Under the pieces are notes generated by a model, which was given only the letters and a program-made list of their open reading frames with translations, did not search any database and was not told the DNA's origin. A stretch of DNA of 64,000 bases from a virus. Both the position numbers and the translations under genes were made by a program. Of the stretch, positions 54,772 to 62,836 are shown piece by piece; the stretch's first letter is position 1, and every line of letters starts with the position of its first letter. The DNA lies in IMG/VR virus record IMGVR_UViG_3300049137_000145, positions 1 through 64,000 of that record. The stretch is one strand, 5' to 3'.

Positions 54772-55434
54772 TCAGTCCTCCGTCACCGGGTTGGCCGTGA
54801 TGACAGCCCGGATTGTCTTGAGCGACGGGGTGTCGTGCGGGGATTGTCGGTCCGGCGTAACGCTCAGTCCGAACGGTGTCTTGCGCGCGACGCCCGGGGC
54901 GACGAAGTACCTCAGGTCGTACTGCCAGCGGCGGCCCTCACCGGTCGCCCGGCCTACCCGGGCGTTCAGAACGAACCCGTCGTCATACGGAGCCCATGCC
55001 TGCTGCGTGGCCCAGCCGTTGGCCTCGGCGAGGGCGAACAGGTCGGCGACCGGCTTCGGCAGGGAGTACCCGGCCGGTGCCGTGTCCGTGATGCCCGCCT
55101 CCAGCCGCCGCAGCGTGACGTCCCGAGCGTGCTTCTCTGCCGGAGTCAGGACGTCGTCGCGCGCCAGGGCGGCGTCCAGGGTGACGGTCCGGCCGGAGTA
55201 CCGGCAGGTCCACCCAATGCCGTACGCGTCCTTGATGACCGGGCGGCGCTTGCCGTCCAGGCCCCACATGGCCTTCGGTTCGTGGGTGGTCAGCACACCG
55301 TCCCGGACCGACGCCGTGTTCCCGCACGGGCACAGTGCCTCGACGGTGCGCAGCAGTTCGTACCGCGTGTTCGGCAGGAGTATCGACGGATCGTGTTTCA
55401 CCCCGGTCGCCAGGGTCTCGGCGATGGTCGTCAC
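54772..55434 (-). CDS. hypothetical protein
   Basis: ORF track. Confidence 0.55.
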   Translation of the reverse strand: MTTIAETLATGVKHDPSILLPNTRYELLRTVEALCPCGNTASVRDGVLTTHEPKAMWGLDGKRRPVIKDAYGIGWTCRYSGRTVTLDAALARDDVLTPAEKHARDVTLRRLEAGITDTAPAGYSLPKPVADLFALAEANGWATQQAWAPYDDGFVLNARVGRATGEGRRWQYDLRYFVAPGVARKTPFGLSVTPDRQSPHDTPSLKTIRAVITANPVTED

Positions 55435-55628
55435 GATGCTTTCCTCGGTTCCTTAGTCTTGACCTTGCAGTACTCGCAGAAGTCACGGCCGTCGCGCTTG
55501 TGGGCCCAGCCGTAGCTCTTGGCCTCGCGCCGCGCCTCACTGACGGTTTGCGCAGACGGCACAGTGCTGTTGTCGAGAGGCTGCTGGCAGTCGTCGCAGA
55601 AGACGAAGGCGCGCACGAACGCGGTCAC
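55431..55628 (-). CDS. small zinc-ribbon protein
   Basis: CDDC...CEYC. Confidence 0.5.
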   Translation of the reverse strand: MTAFVRAFVFCDDCQQPLDNSTVPSAQTVSEARREAKSYGWAHKRDGRDFCEYCKVKTKEPRKAS

Positions 55629-55631
55629 CGC

Positions 55632-56147
55632 TCAGCCCTCCGTCTCCGGGATCGGGTCGACGTGGGTCAAGGCGATCCAGGCGCCGTGACCGGTGACCTG
55701 GACGACGGCGGTGTGTCCCTCGGCGACCCATGCTGCGGTGCGGGTGCGCCCCGTCTCTCCCGCGCCCTCCCGGGCTCCGGTCCAGTAGCGCACCGCCTGA
55801 CCGACGGGATACGTCAGGTTCCACGCCTCCACGCGCTCGGCCGGCGTCGGGCCGTCGTTGGCCACACGGGTGCCGTTGCGCAGGGCCGCGTCCAGCGTCG
55901 CGAACTCCCGGAGGTACACCAAGACGTCGTCCTCACGGCTGCTCACGCTGACCTCGTACTTCTGGCCGTCTTCGCTGTAGCTCAATGACGCGATTCCGAG
56001 TCGGCCCTTGTGCCACGGAGACTCGCCGTACCCGGGCCGCCAGTCGTGTCCGGGCTTGTCGGTGTACTGGCGGCGCTCGATGGTCTTCCGGGCCCGCCCG
56101 ATGCGGTCGATGCCGCTGGCGACGTGTCCGAGGTCGATGTCCTGCAT
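55632..56147 (-). CDS. hypothetical protein
   Basis: ORF track. Leader reads GACCAAGGAACGAAGGAAGG. Confidence 0.55.
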   Translation of the reverse strand: MQDIDLGHVASGIDRIGRARKTIERRQYTDKPGHDWRPGYGESPWHKGRLGIASLSYSEDGQKYEVSVSSREDDVLVYLREFATLDAALRNGTRVANDGPTPAERVEAWNLTYPVGQAVRYWTGAREGAGETGRTRTAAWVAEGHTAVVQVTGHGAWIALTHVDPIPETEG

Positions 56148-56224
56148 GGTCCGCCTTCCTTCGTTCCTTGGTCGGTGAACCGGGCCGCCGCCGGATCGCC
56201 GAACAGCCCGGCCATAGGTGCTGT

Positions 56225-56419
56225 TCAGCCCTCGTGGACCCGGACGTCCCCGGGCTCCACCCGGGCACGACCGCCACCGAACGTCTTCACCGTCACCGTG
56301 CCAGGCGTGGAACCGAGGGACGCTGTGTGACCCGGGTGCACCTGCTCCACCACGCCGTCCTCCCAGTTACCGCCGATGAGCACGGACGCCGTAGCACCCT
56401 CTACGATCCGCTCGTCCAT
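56225..56419 (-). CDS. hypothetical protein
   Basis: ORF track. First gene after promoter copy H. Confidence 0.5.
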   Translation of the reverse strand: MDERIVEGATASVLIGGNWEDGVVEQVHPGHTASLGSTPGTVTVKTFGGGRARVEPGDVRVHEG

Positions 56420-56443
56420 CGTTCTCCCCTGTCTCTCAGAACC

Positions 56444-56485
56444 GATGATTTGATTAAACCATGCTTGGGGTGCCGGGACAACCCC
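56444..56485 (-). promoter_or_regulatory. Copy H of the promoter/operator motif
   Basis: Minus strand reads GGGGTTGTCC, 17 nt, TTTAAT, within ATGGTTTAATCAAATCATCGG. It ends 24 nt before the ATG at 56419. Confidence 0.6.
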
Positions 56486-56508
56486 TTGGAGCTGTCCCGG
56501 CGCCGCAT

Positions 56509-56718
56509 CTACGGGTGCGCTGCCAGACGCAGCCGCTCGCCACCCTCCGCCCGCAGGATGGCTATGGCCAGGGCCTCATCAATCGGCAGCCCCGAGGCCT
56601 CACACAGCCGCCACCCGCCGGGTCCGTGCCCCGGGACGTGCGTGTCCTTGAGCGAGTCGGCCATCCGGCCCGTGTCCACCAGGTCCCCGCACAGGGGGCA
56701 CTCGATCACGTCGTTCAT
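56509..56718 (-). CDS. zinc-ribbon protein, paralog family member P3
   Basis: CPLCG...CEASG, C-terminus RLRLAAHP. Confidence 0.5.
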   Translation of the reverse strand: MNDVIECPLCGDLVDTGRMADSLKDTHVPGHGPGGWRLCEASGLPIDEALAIAILRAEGGERLRLAAHP

Positions 56719-56728
56719 GGCCCTTCCT

Positions 56729-56938
56729 TCACGGGTGGGCTCGGGTCGTCAGGCGCCAGTCCTGTGCACGTATCCGCCGCACGGCCTCCGCATCATCCTG
56801 ACGGACGAACGTCTCGCCGAGGCACTGCCCGGCCGCACGTCCCAAGTGGGAGTAGTGCAGCCCGCTCATCAGCCGGACCAACCACACCACTCGACCGCAT
56901 GCCGGGCACATCTCAGGACCGATCATCGTGTCAGCCAT
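56729..56938 (-). CDS. zinc-ribbon protein, paralog family member P4
   Basis: CPACG...HYSH...C, C-terminus TTRAHP. ATG at 56938, within ORF 56729..57313. Confidence 0.5.
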   Translation of the reverse strand: MADTMIGPEMCPACGRVVWLVRLMSGLHYSHLGRAAGQCLGETFVRQDDAEAVRRIRAQDWRLTTRAHP

Positions 56939-56943
56939 GGTCG

Positions 56944-59900
56944 TCAGTCCTTCGCGTAGCAGGACGCCCAGTCCCGGGCCGCCTTGGAGGCCCCGGCGGT
57001 GATCGGCACGCCCTTGAACTCGAACGTGAACGCGTCCAGCACTGTGGCCGTGATCTCCTTCACGCGGTCCTCGGGGACGCACAGGACGACCTCGTCGTGC
57101 ACGACGCAGCGCAGCCACTCCGTGGCCTCCGGAGCCCGGTCGACCAGACGCAGGAGCGCTTCGCACATGATGTCCCGGGCGCCGCCCTGACCCATGAGCG
57201 CCGGGGCCTGCGTCCAGGCACGGTCGGGGTTGCAGCGCATGAGCCGGCCGAACCCGTTGTCCAGCAACTCGCCAGCCGCCGCCCGCTCCCGAACCTCGGT
57301 CCGCCAGGCGCACAACACCGGATACTGCGCGTTCATCTGGTCATCGAACTTCTGGGCCAGTTCCAGCGCGACACCGGAGTTGGCGATGCCCTTGACGGAC
57401 ATGCCGTAGTTCCATCCGTGGCCGATGCGCTTGGCGTTGTCGCGCCACTCACCGTCGTGCCGGCCGAACACGGCGTCGGCGATGCGCGAGTGCGCGTCCT
57501 CGCCGGGAGCGAAGTTGGCCATGTACGCCGGGTCCTGGCAGTGGCCGGCGATGGCGCGCATGTCGACCTGGTCCAGGTCGAAACAGATCAGCAGTGAACC
57601 GTCGTCGGCGATGAGCGGACGCCGCTGGTGCACCTTGCCGCCACGCTTGGCCATGTTGGTGACCGACGGGCGGACGTACGCCCACCGGCCAGAGCCCTGG
57701 AGATCGCCGACCTGGGGGTGGATCCGGTCGCCGATCAGGTGATCCATGATCTCCTGGTACTTCTGGACCGAGGACGTCACGGTGACGATGTGGCCCGCCA
57801 TCTCCTCGATTGCGGTCCAGTCGGCGTTCGGGTGGTATGGACGCCGGTTGGGGTTCAACAAGGCCGGCACCTCGCGACCCCCCGCCCCCTTGCCGACGAA
57901 GTACGACCCCCTGCCCAGCGCATCCTTGTTGAGGCTGATCAGGCCAGACGCCGTCTTGAGGTAATACGGCAGCCCCCGGTCGGCGAACGCCTTGATGATC
58001 GCCTCCCGGCCCTCGTTGGTGGACAGCGGCGACTTGACCGGCTCGTCAGTGAAGACGCGGTTCTTGCCCCGGCCCTTGCCGACGGAGCGGGTCAGCGGGA
58101 CACCGCAGTGCTCGTGCAGCCACTCCAGCGACTCCTGCCTCTTGGCGGCCTCCGCGTCGACCAGCTCACGCAGGACGGGGACGTCGACCTTCCAGCCGGT
58201 CAGGGTCGGCCGGTGCTGGATGTGGGCCACCCGCATCTCACGCCGGACGTAGTCCGAGGGCTCGCCCAGAGCGCGCCGCACGCCCCGGGTGGCCTGAAGA
58301 TCGCCGCTGAAGTAGACGCTCAGCTCGTTGACCGGGATCCGCCCGTACCCGAGGTCGGTGCGCTCGGCCTTGTCCAGCTTGCGGCCGTCGATCTCCTCGG
58401 GCCCGTGCTTGAAGGCGAGCGCCGACAGGTCGTCGGTCTTGCCGTTGACCCCGTGACGCTGTGCGGTCTGGTCGAGGCCGTAGTAGCCCTTGGCTGCCCA
58501 GGGCTTTTCGTGGGCAGCGCCGGGCGGGTCGATGGTCTGCTCCCACCGGAGGGTGTCCATCGTCTTGGCGGCCAGCTTGTCGTAGTCGGCTCCGTGGTGG
58601 ATGGCGAGGGCCATCAGGTCGAACCCGAGCAGATTGTGGCCGTACAGCTCGTCGGCGTCCTCCAGCCGCTTGATCAGCTCATCGACGGAGTTGACGACAA
58701 CCTCCGTGCCGTCCTCGGTGACGTAGCCGGCCAGCCGGACGTACGGGTCGCCGCCGAGGTCTTTGTGCCGGAACAGCAGCTTGGCGCTGTGGGTCTCCAG
58801 GTCGAACCCGACCACGCCGCCGGCGCGAACCGGGGCAGCCTCCGGGGACGGTGCCTGGGCGGGGACGGAGGCCGCACGGGGGGTGTGATCGGCTTCCGCT
58901 TCCGCGAAGGGATCGCCCCCGAACGGATCCGCGTCGAGGGCAGGCTGAGAGGGTGTACCCCCTGTACCTCCTGCTCCTGTTCCCCCTATACGGGGAGAGA
59001 TTTCACGGTTATAGGTCGGAGGAGGTACAGGGGGTACACCCTCGTCTCCGCCGTCGTTGACCTCGTCTTTTCCGTTCGGGTCCTGGAAGCGCACTCCGAG
59101 CCACGCCTGGTAGTTGACGCCCGTGGGGGTGTGGCCGCCCAGTGTCGACCGTCCGTCCCGCGCCCTGATCTTCTTTCGTTCGACCCCGTTCCGGGCGCAC
59201 TCGTCGTGGCCTCCGAATCGGGAGACGAAGGTGCGGTCGGTCCACTCACGGTGGCCCTTGTCCGCCAGGTACTTGTTGAAGACCTCGTGCAGCTCCCGGG
59301 CAAGGATGTGGCTGTTCCAGTCGAACGTCAGGACATCCCCGATGAACGACAAGATCAGGTCCGATTCCTTGCGCCAGCTCAAGGTGTCCTTTTCCACCTG
59401 CTTCGGCGCGGGCGGCATGATCTGCCCCGCTGCGTACCACTTGCGGGCCCCCTCCACCAGCCACGCCAGCGCAGCCTCCGTACGTGGCCCGTCGTCCGTG
59501 CGCAGGCGCTGACGGAGCATCTGGTCACCGGGTTTGTCGTAGGGCCCTGTGCATGCCTCTCCGGGCTTCCTGAACGTGAACGGGAACGTGAGCATCTGGA
59601 GCCTGCGCCACGTGCCGTGGTCCGACTCCTCCACCAGCGGCCGGTGGTTGGTGTTGATGATCAGCGTATGCGTCGCCTTGAAGGTCACGCTGTCCTGGCG
59701 CATCTTGCGCGCCGTGATCTGCTCGGTACCGGCGAGCTGCTTGACCCGGTTGACGTCGAGCTTCTTCGCTTCCGGGGTCTCCTCCAGGACGGCCAGGCGG
59801 GCACCGAGGAAGTCCATCATCTCGGTGGGGTGGTTCTCGCTCGCGTTGCCGAGCAGGGCCCGGTGAGCAACGGCCGTGTGGTACCCGCCGCGCGTACCGG

Positions 59901-61287
59901 CGGCCTTCGCCAGAGTGTCCATGATCGAGGACTTGCCGTTGGATCCGCCGCCCTGGCAGATGAGGATGACGTCGTCCGGCGGCGTGTGCCCGGTGATGGC
60001 CTGGCCGTTGCGGATCTGGAAGTAGTCCACTACGTCGTCAGGGACGGCCTCCAGAGCGGTGTCCCAGTCGGGGTGCCGGGCACCGGGGACGTAGTCGCAC
60101 CCGGTGATCTTCGTCATCAGCCGGTCGGGGTCGTGGGGGGTGAGCACACCGGTGCGCAGGTCCAGGATGCCGTTCTGGCAGTTGAGGGCGTCGGGGTCGT
60201 AGTCGAAATCGGTGGCCGCCGACTCCAGGATGCCCCTGGACAGCTTCAGCAGGTTGCCCAGTTTGGATGCGGCGAGTGCCCCGCGCCAGCCGTCCATCTG
60301 GCTGCGCAGGTCTTTGTTCGGCTCAGCGCGCTGCTGGTCGAGCACGCGCTGAAAGCCCGCCATCGCCCACTGCCGGATGTCCTCCATCACCGTGGCGTCG
60401 GTGCATTCTGTCCATACCTTGCCGTTCCACTGCATCCACCCGAGCCCGGCGGCCCAGCGGTACCGGCCGTCCAGTGTCTCGGAGCACACCGTGTCGGCGA
60501 GGATCGCGTCGGAGAACGCCGCGTCACGCGTGTTGTCGCTCGGCATCTCGGTGGTGGCCGCGCCGTGAAGGTCGGTCAGCGTGCCGCCGGCGTGGAGGAA
60601 ATCGTCCACGCCCTTGGTGGGCGTTCCGTTGATCTCCTCGGGGACGATCAGGTAGTGGATGACGGCGGCCCCCTTGGACTCCAGCCACATCCCGAGCCGC
60701 CGCATGGCCATCAGGACCATCCTGTTGTGCCGCGCGTCGGAGTCGAAACAGATGACGATGGTCCGGCCCTTGAGCGGGATGTCCTCCCAGTCGCCGAGGG
60801 TGCCCAGACGCGACCGCCAGTTGAAGACGCCGGACAGGGAGACGACGGCGAGGCCCTGGGACGCCAGGGAATCCGCCTTTTTCACGCCCTCAGTGATCCA
60901 CAAGGGATTCGTGACGACACGCACCGCGTTCGCCATGAGCGGCGGAACGTCCAGGCGCGGCTTGGTGCCGACGGGGGAGGCGTATTTCATCATCTTGTCG
61001 CCGCTGCCGCTGCTGTGGGGCTGCGGCTGGCCCGGCTTGAACTGCGCACCGATACGCTCACCGGTCACCCGGTACAGCGGAATGAACAGGCCCGGGAATG
61101 CCGTTTCCTCGCGCCAGGCCCACACCGGGATGGATTCCTCACGCAGCCGGGCCCGGTCTTCATCGGTGCCGTACAACGTCTCGTACCCGCGTGCGTCGCG
61201 GTGCTCCGGGGCGATCTCGCTGGCGTCCAGCTCCGCCAGATGGTGGTCCGACACCTGCCCCGAGTTCGTGTCCACGTACGTGGTCAT
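56944..61287 (-). CDS. 1447-aa fusion: Toprim/DUF3854-like primase region, D5_N plus P4-type helicase, family A DNA polymerase (3'-5' exonuclease plus polymerase)
   Basis: N-terminus has LWITEGVKKADS...VICFDSDA. The middle has NCQNGILDLRTG and Walker A GGGSNGKSS. A Pro/Gly linker follows. Exonuclease has VVGFDLETHS. Polymerase has CFDLDQVDMRAIA, RDNAKRIGHGWNYGMS and VHDEVV. Confidence 0.9.
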   Translation of the reverse strand: MTTYVDTNSGQVSDHHLAELDASEIAPEHRDARGYETLYGTDEDRARLREESIPVWAWREETAFPGLFIPLYRVTGERIGAQFKPGQPQPHSSGSGDKMMKYASPVGTKPRLDVPPLMANAVRVVTNPLWITEGVKKADSLASQGLAVVSLSGVFNWRSRLGTLGDWEDIPLKGRTIVICFDSDARHNRMVLMAMRRLGMWLESKGAAVIHYLIVPEEINGTPTKGVDDFLHAGGTLTDLHGAATTEMPSDNTRDAAFSDAILADTVCSETLDGRYRWAAGLGWMQWNGKVWTECTDATVMEDIRQWAMAGFQRVLDQQRAEPNKDLRSQMDGWRGALAASKLGNLLKLSRGILESAATDFDYDPDALNCQNGILDLRTGVLTPHDPDRLMTKITGCDYVPGARHPDWDTALEAVPDDVVDYFQIRNGQAITGHTPPDDVILICQGGGSNGKSSIMDTLAKAAGTRGGYHTAVAHRALLGNASENHPTEMMDFLGARLAVLEETPEAKKLDVNRVKQLAGTEQITARKMRQDSVTFKATHTLIINTNHRPLVEESDHGTWRRLQMLTFPFTFRKPGEACTGPYDKPGDQMLRQRLRTDDGPRTEAALAWLVEGARKWYAAGQIMPPAPKQVEKDTLSWRKESDLILSFIGDVLTFDWNSHILARELHEVFNKYLADKGHREWTDRTFVSRFGGHDECARNGVERKKIRARDGRSTLGGHTPTGVNYQAWLGVRFQDPNGKDEVNDGGDEGVPPVPPPTYNREISPRIGGTGAGGTGGTPSQPALDADPFGGDPFAEAEADHTPRAASVPAQAPSPEAAPVRAGGVVGFDLETHSAKLLFRHKDLGGDPYVRLAGYVTEDGTEVVVNSVDELIKRLEDADELYGHNLLGFDLMALAIHHGADYDKLAAKTMDTLRWEQTIDPPGAAHEKPWAAKGYYGLDQTAQRHGVNGKTDDLSALAFKHGPEEIDGRKLDKAERTDLGYGRIPVNELSVYFSGDLQATRGVRRALGEPSDYVRREMRVAHIQHRPTLTGWKVDVPVLRELVDAEAAKRQESLEWLHEHCGVPLTRSVGKGRGKNRVFTDEPVKSPLSTNEGREAIIKAFADRGLPYYLKTASGLISLNKDALGRGSYFVGKGAGGREVPALLNPNRRPYHPNADWTAIEEMAGHIVTVTSSVQKYQEIMDHLIGDRIHPQVGDLQGSGRWAYVRPSVTNMAKRGGKVHQRRPLIADDGSLLICFDLDQVDMRAIAGHCQDPAYMANFAPGEDAHSRIADAVFGRHDGEWRDNAKRIGHGWNYGMSVKGIANSGVALELAQKFDDQMNAQYPVLCAWRTEVRERAAAGELLDNGFGRLMRCNPDRAWTQAPALMGQGGARDIMCEALLRLVDRAPEATEWLRCVVHDEVVLCVPEDRVKEITATVLDAFTFEFKGVPITAGASKAARDWASCYAKD
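58951..59041. repeat. perfect 22-bp inverted repeat with a 47-nt AT-richer spacer, inside the helicase-polymerase linker coding region
   Basis: GGGTGTACCCCCTGTACCTCCT at 58951-58972 pairs with AGGAGGTACAGGGGGTACACCC at 59020-59041. Confidence 0.85.
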
Positions 61288-61341
61288 GGGGTTCCTGCTT
61301 CCTTGGTCATTGCTTCCTTGGTCTGCTGGGGCGCAAGCACG

Positions 61342-61821
61342 TTACGGTCTCCTCCCCTTCCGGCCGGCCGGGCGCCGACTGTCGAACCGGGCCGCCGAGG
61401 CGGCGTCCCACGCGGCTGCGAACCGGGGCCCGGTCCACATCCGGTGGACGTCGGCGACGACGCCCTCCGGGTGCCAGACCCGTACCGTGTGGTCCCGGCC
61501 GCACGCGTCACCGCGCCGGTGCAGACCACGCAGCACGAGGACGAGCATTCCGCTGCCCTGGGCCAGCTCCGGCCAGCGTGGGTCGTCGAATGTATCGCTG
61601 GGCGGCTTAATCTCCACCCACGCCTGGTCAGGAGCCCAGTCGGGCCGGATCCGAAAATCCGGCAGGTACCAGCCGCTTGCGAGCTGGTAGCCCTCGGGCT
61701 CGTACTCCCAGGGGATGCCTGCCTCGGTGGCAAACGTGGCGAACCGGGCCTCGGTCCGGGAGAGGAAACTGCACCCGAACGCGCGAGTTTTTATTGCCTG
61801 GATCCCCGGAGCGCCCATCAT
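61342..61821 (-). CDS. PD-(D/E)XK-type nuclease
   Basis: SRTEARFA...GIPWEYEP...YLPDF...WVEIKP motif order. The ATG at 61821 overlaps the upstream stop (ATGA). Confidence 0.6.
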   Translation of the reverse strand: MMGAPGIQAIKTRAFGCSFLSRTEARFATFATEAGIPWEYEPEGYQLASGWYLPDFRIRPDWAPDQAWVEIKPPSDTFDDPRWPELAQGSGMLVLVLRGLHRRGDACGRDHTVRVWHPEGVVADVHRMWTGPRFAAAWDAASAARFDSRRPAGRKGRRP

Positions 61822-62042
61822 GACCCCGTAACGGCCGGTGATGCTGCGGAGATGGTGACGACGACGGGCGTGTTCCGGGCGACCAGCCATTTCTCGGACT
61901 CGGTCTCGGAGATCCACACCCGGCCGTTGCCGCTCTTGTGCTTGGTCAGCGGGACGTCCGGGTCGTCCAGCCACCGGTAGACGGTCCCGGTGTGCACTCC
62001 GTGACGGGCCGCCACCTGGGCGACGGTCAGAAAGCCCTTCAC
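61818..62042 (-). CDS. excisionase / MerR-like HTH DNA-binding protein
   Basis: LTVAQVAARHGVHTGTVYRWL. GTG start lies 3 nt after AAGGAGGAG. Confidence 0.6.
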   Translation of the reverse strand: MKGFLTVAQVAARHGVHTGTVYRWLDDPDVPLTKHKSGNGRVWISETESEKWLVARNTPVVVTISAASPAVTGS

Positions 62043-62267
62043 TGCTCCTCCTTGACGGTGTGTAGTTACGCGTCTCGATGATACCCACGTTTACACACGC
62101 TTACACGATGGGTACCATACCGGACAGAGGGCCCGACGGAGCCCCGCCGACCACAGACCAAGGAATCCCGGGACGCCGGGCGCAGATGGGGCGACGTCAC
62201 GGCCCCGCGCTCCCCTGTGAAGTGCGGGTTCGGTGATTGTGCACCCCGCTGGGAGGATCACGGATTC

Positions 62268-62597
62268 ATGACCAAGGAACTGGCCGTCTACGCGGACACA
62301 CTTAATCTGCTCGGCTCCGACGTGCTGGACCCGAGCCCTACGGGCCCGGACTGGGAACTGACGGACGTCCTCGGCCGGCTGCGCCGGAGGGCTGTCCGCT
62401 TGACCGGACCGCACGCCAGTTGCCCGCACTGTCGCTGGGCGACCCCGTGCGCCGGCCCCGGCGACGGCGAGCACTTCGCGGACCTGTGGGAGCACCTGAT
62501 CGTCCACCACGGTGTCGACATCCGCTACGCCGACGAGCCGGCCCGCAAGGCGTGGAACCGCGCGCTGGCTGAGTACGAGGGAGCGAAGGCCGCATGA
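62268..62597 (+). CDS. hypothetical protein
   Basis: In frame with ORF 62217..62597. ATG at 62268 follows GGGAGGA. Confidence 0.5.
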   Translation: MTKELAVYADTLNLLGSDVLDPSPTGPDWELTDVLGRLRRRAVRLTGPHASCPHCRWATPCAGPGDGEHFADLWEHLIVHHGVDIRYADEPARKAWNRALAEYEGAKAA

Positions 62598-62836
62598 GTG
62601 CTGAGGACTACAACCACGGACTCCGGGCCAGGGCACTGGCCGTGTCCGAGACGGAACTGCGCCGCGCGGTAGACCGGCTGCTGGAGCGGTGTGGCCGGGA
62701 AGAGGTCCATCAGGTGCCCGGGTCGCCCCGGTCGGGGATGCTCCACGCTTCCGAGATCTACACGCTGCTGGGTCTGCGCGGCGGCCCGGACTACAGCGCA
62801 CTGCGTGAGGCGCTGGACGAAGGGGGCGACCGGTGA
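62594..62836 (+). CDS. hypothetical protein
   Basis: ORF track. ATGA overlap with the upstream gene. Confidence 0.5.
   Translation: MSAEDYNHGLRARALAVSETELRRAVDRLLERCGREEVHQVPGSPRSGMLHASEIYTLLGLRGGPDYSALREALDEGGDR

Noticed and set aside
57628-61980. A 1450-aa ORF on the + strand, antisense to the replicase fusion. Similar very long ORFs occur at 2831..4714 (-), 4387..6249 (+), 26607..28409 (+), 29124..31721 (+) and 9515..10993 (+).
   Set aside because: They lie opposite or out of frame to ORFs with clear protein-family motifs. Their products are Arg/Gly/Pro/Ala-rich low-complexity sequence. Such open frames are expected in high-GC DNA because stop codons are rare.
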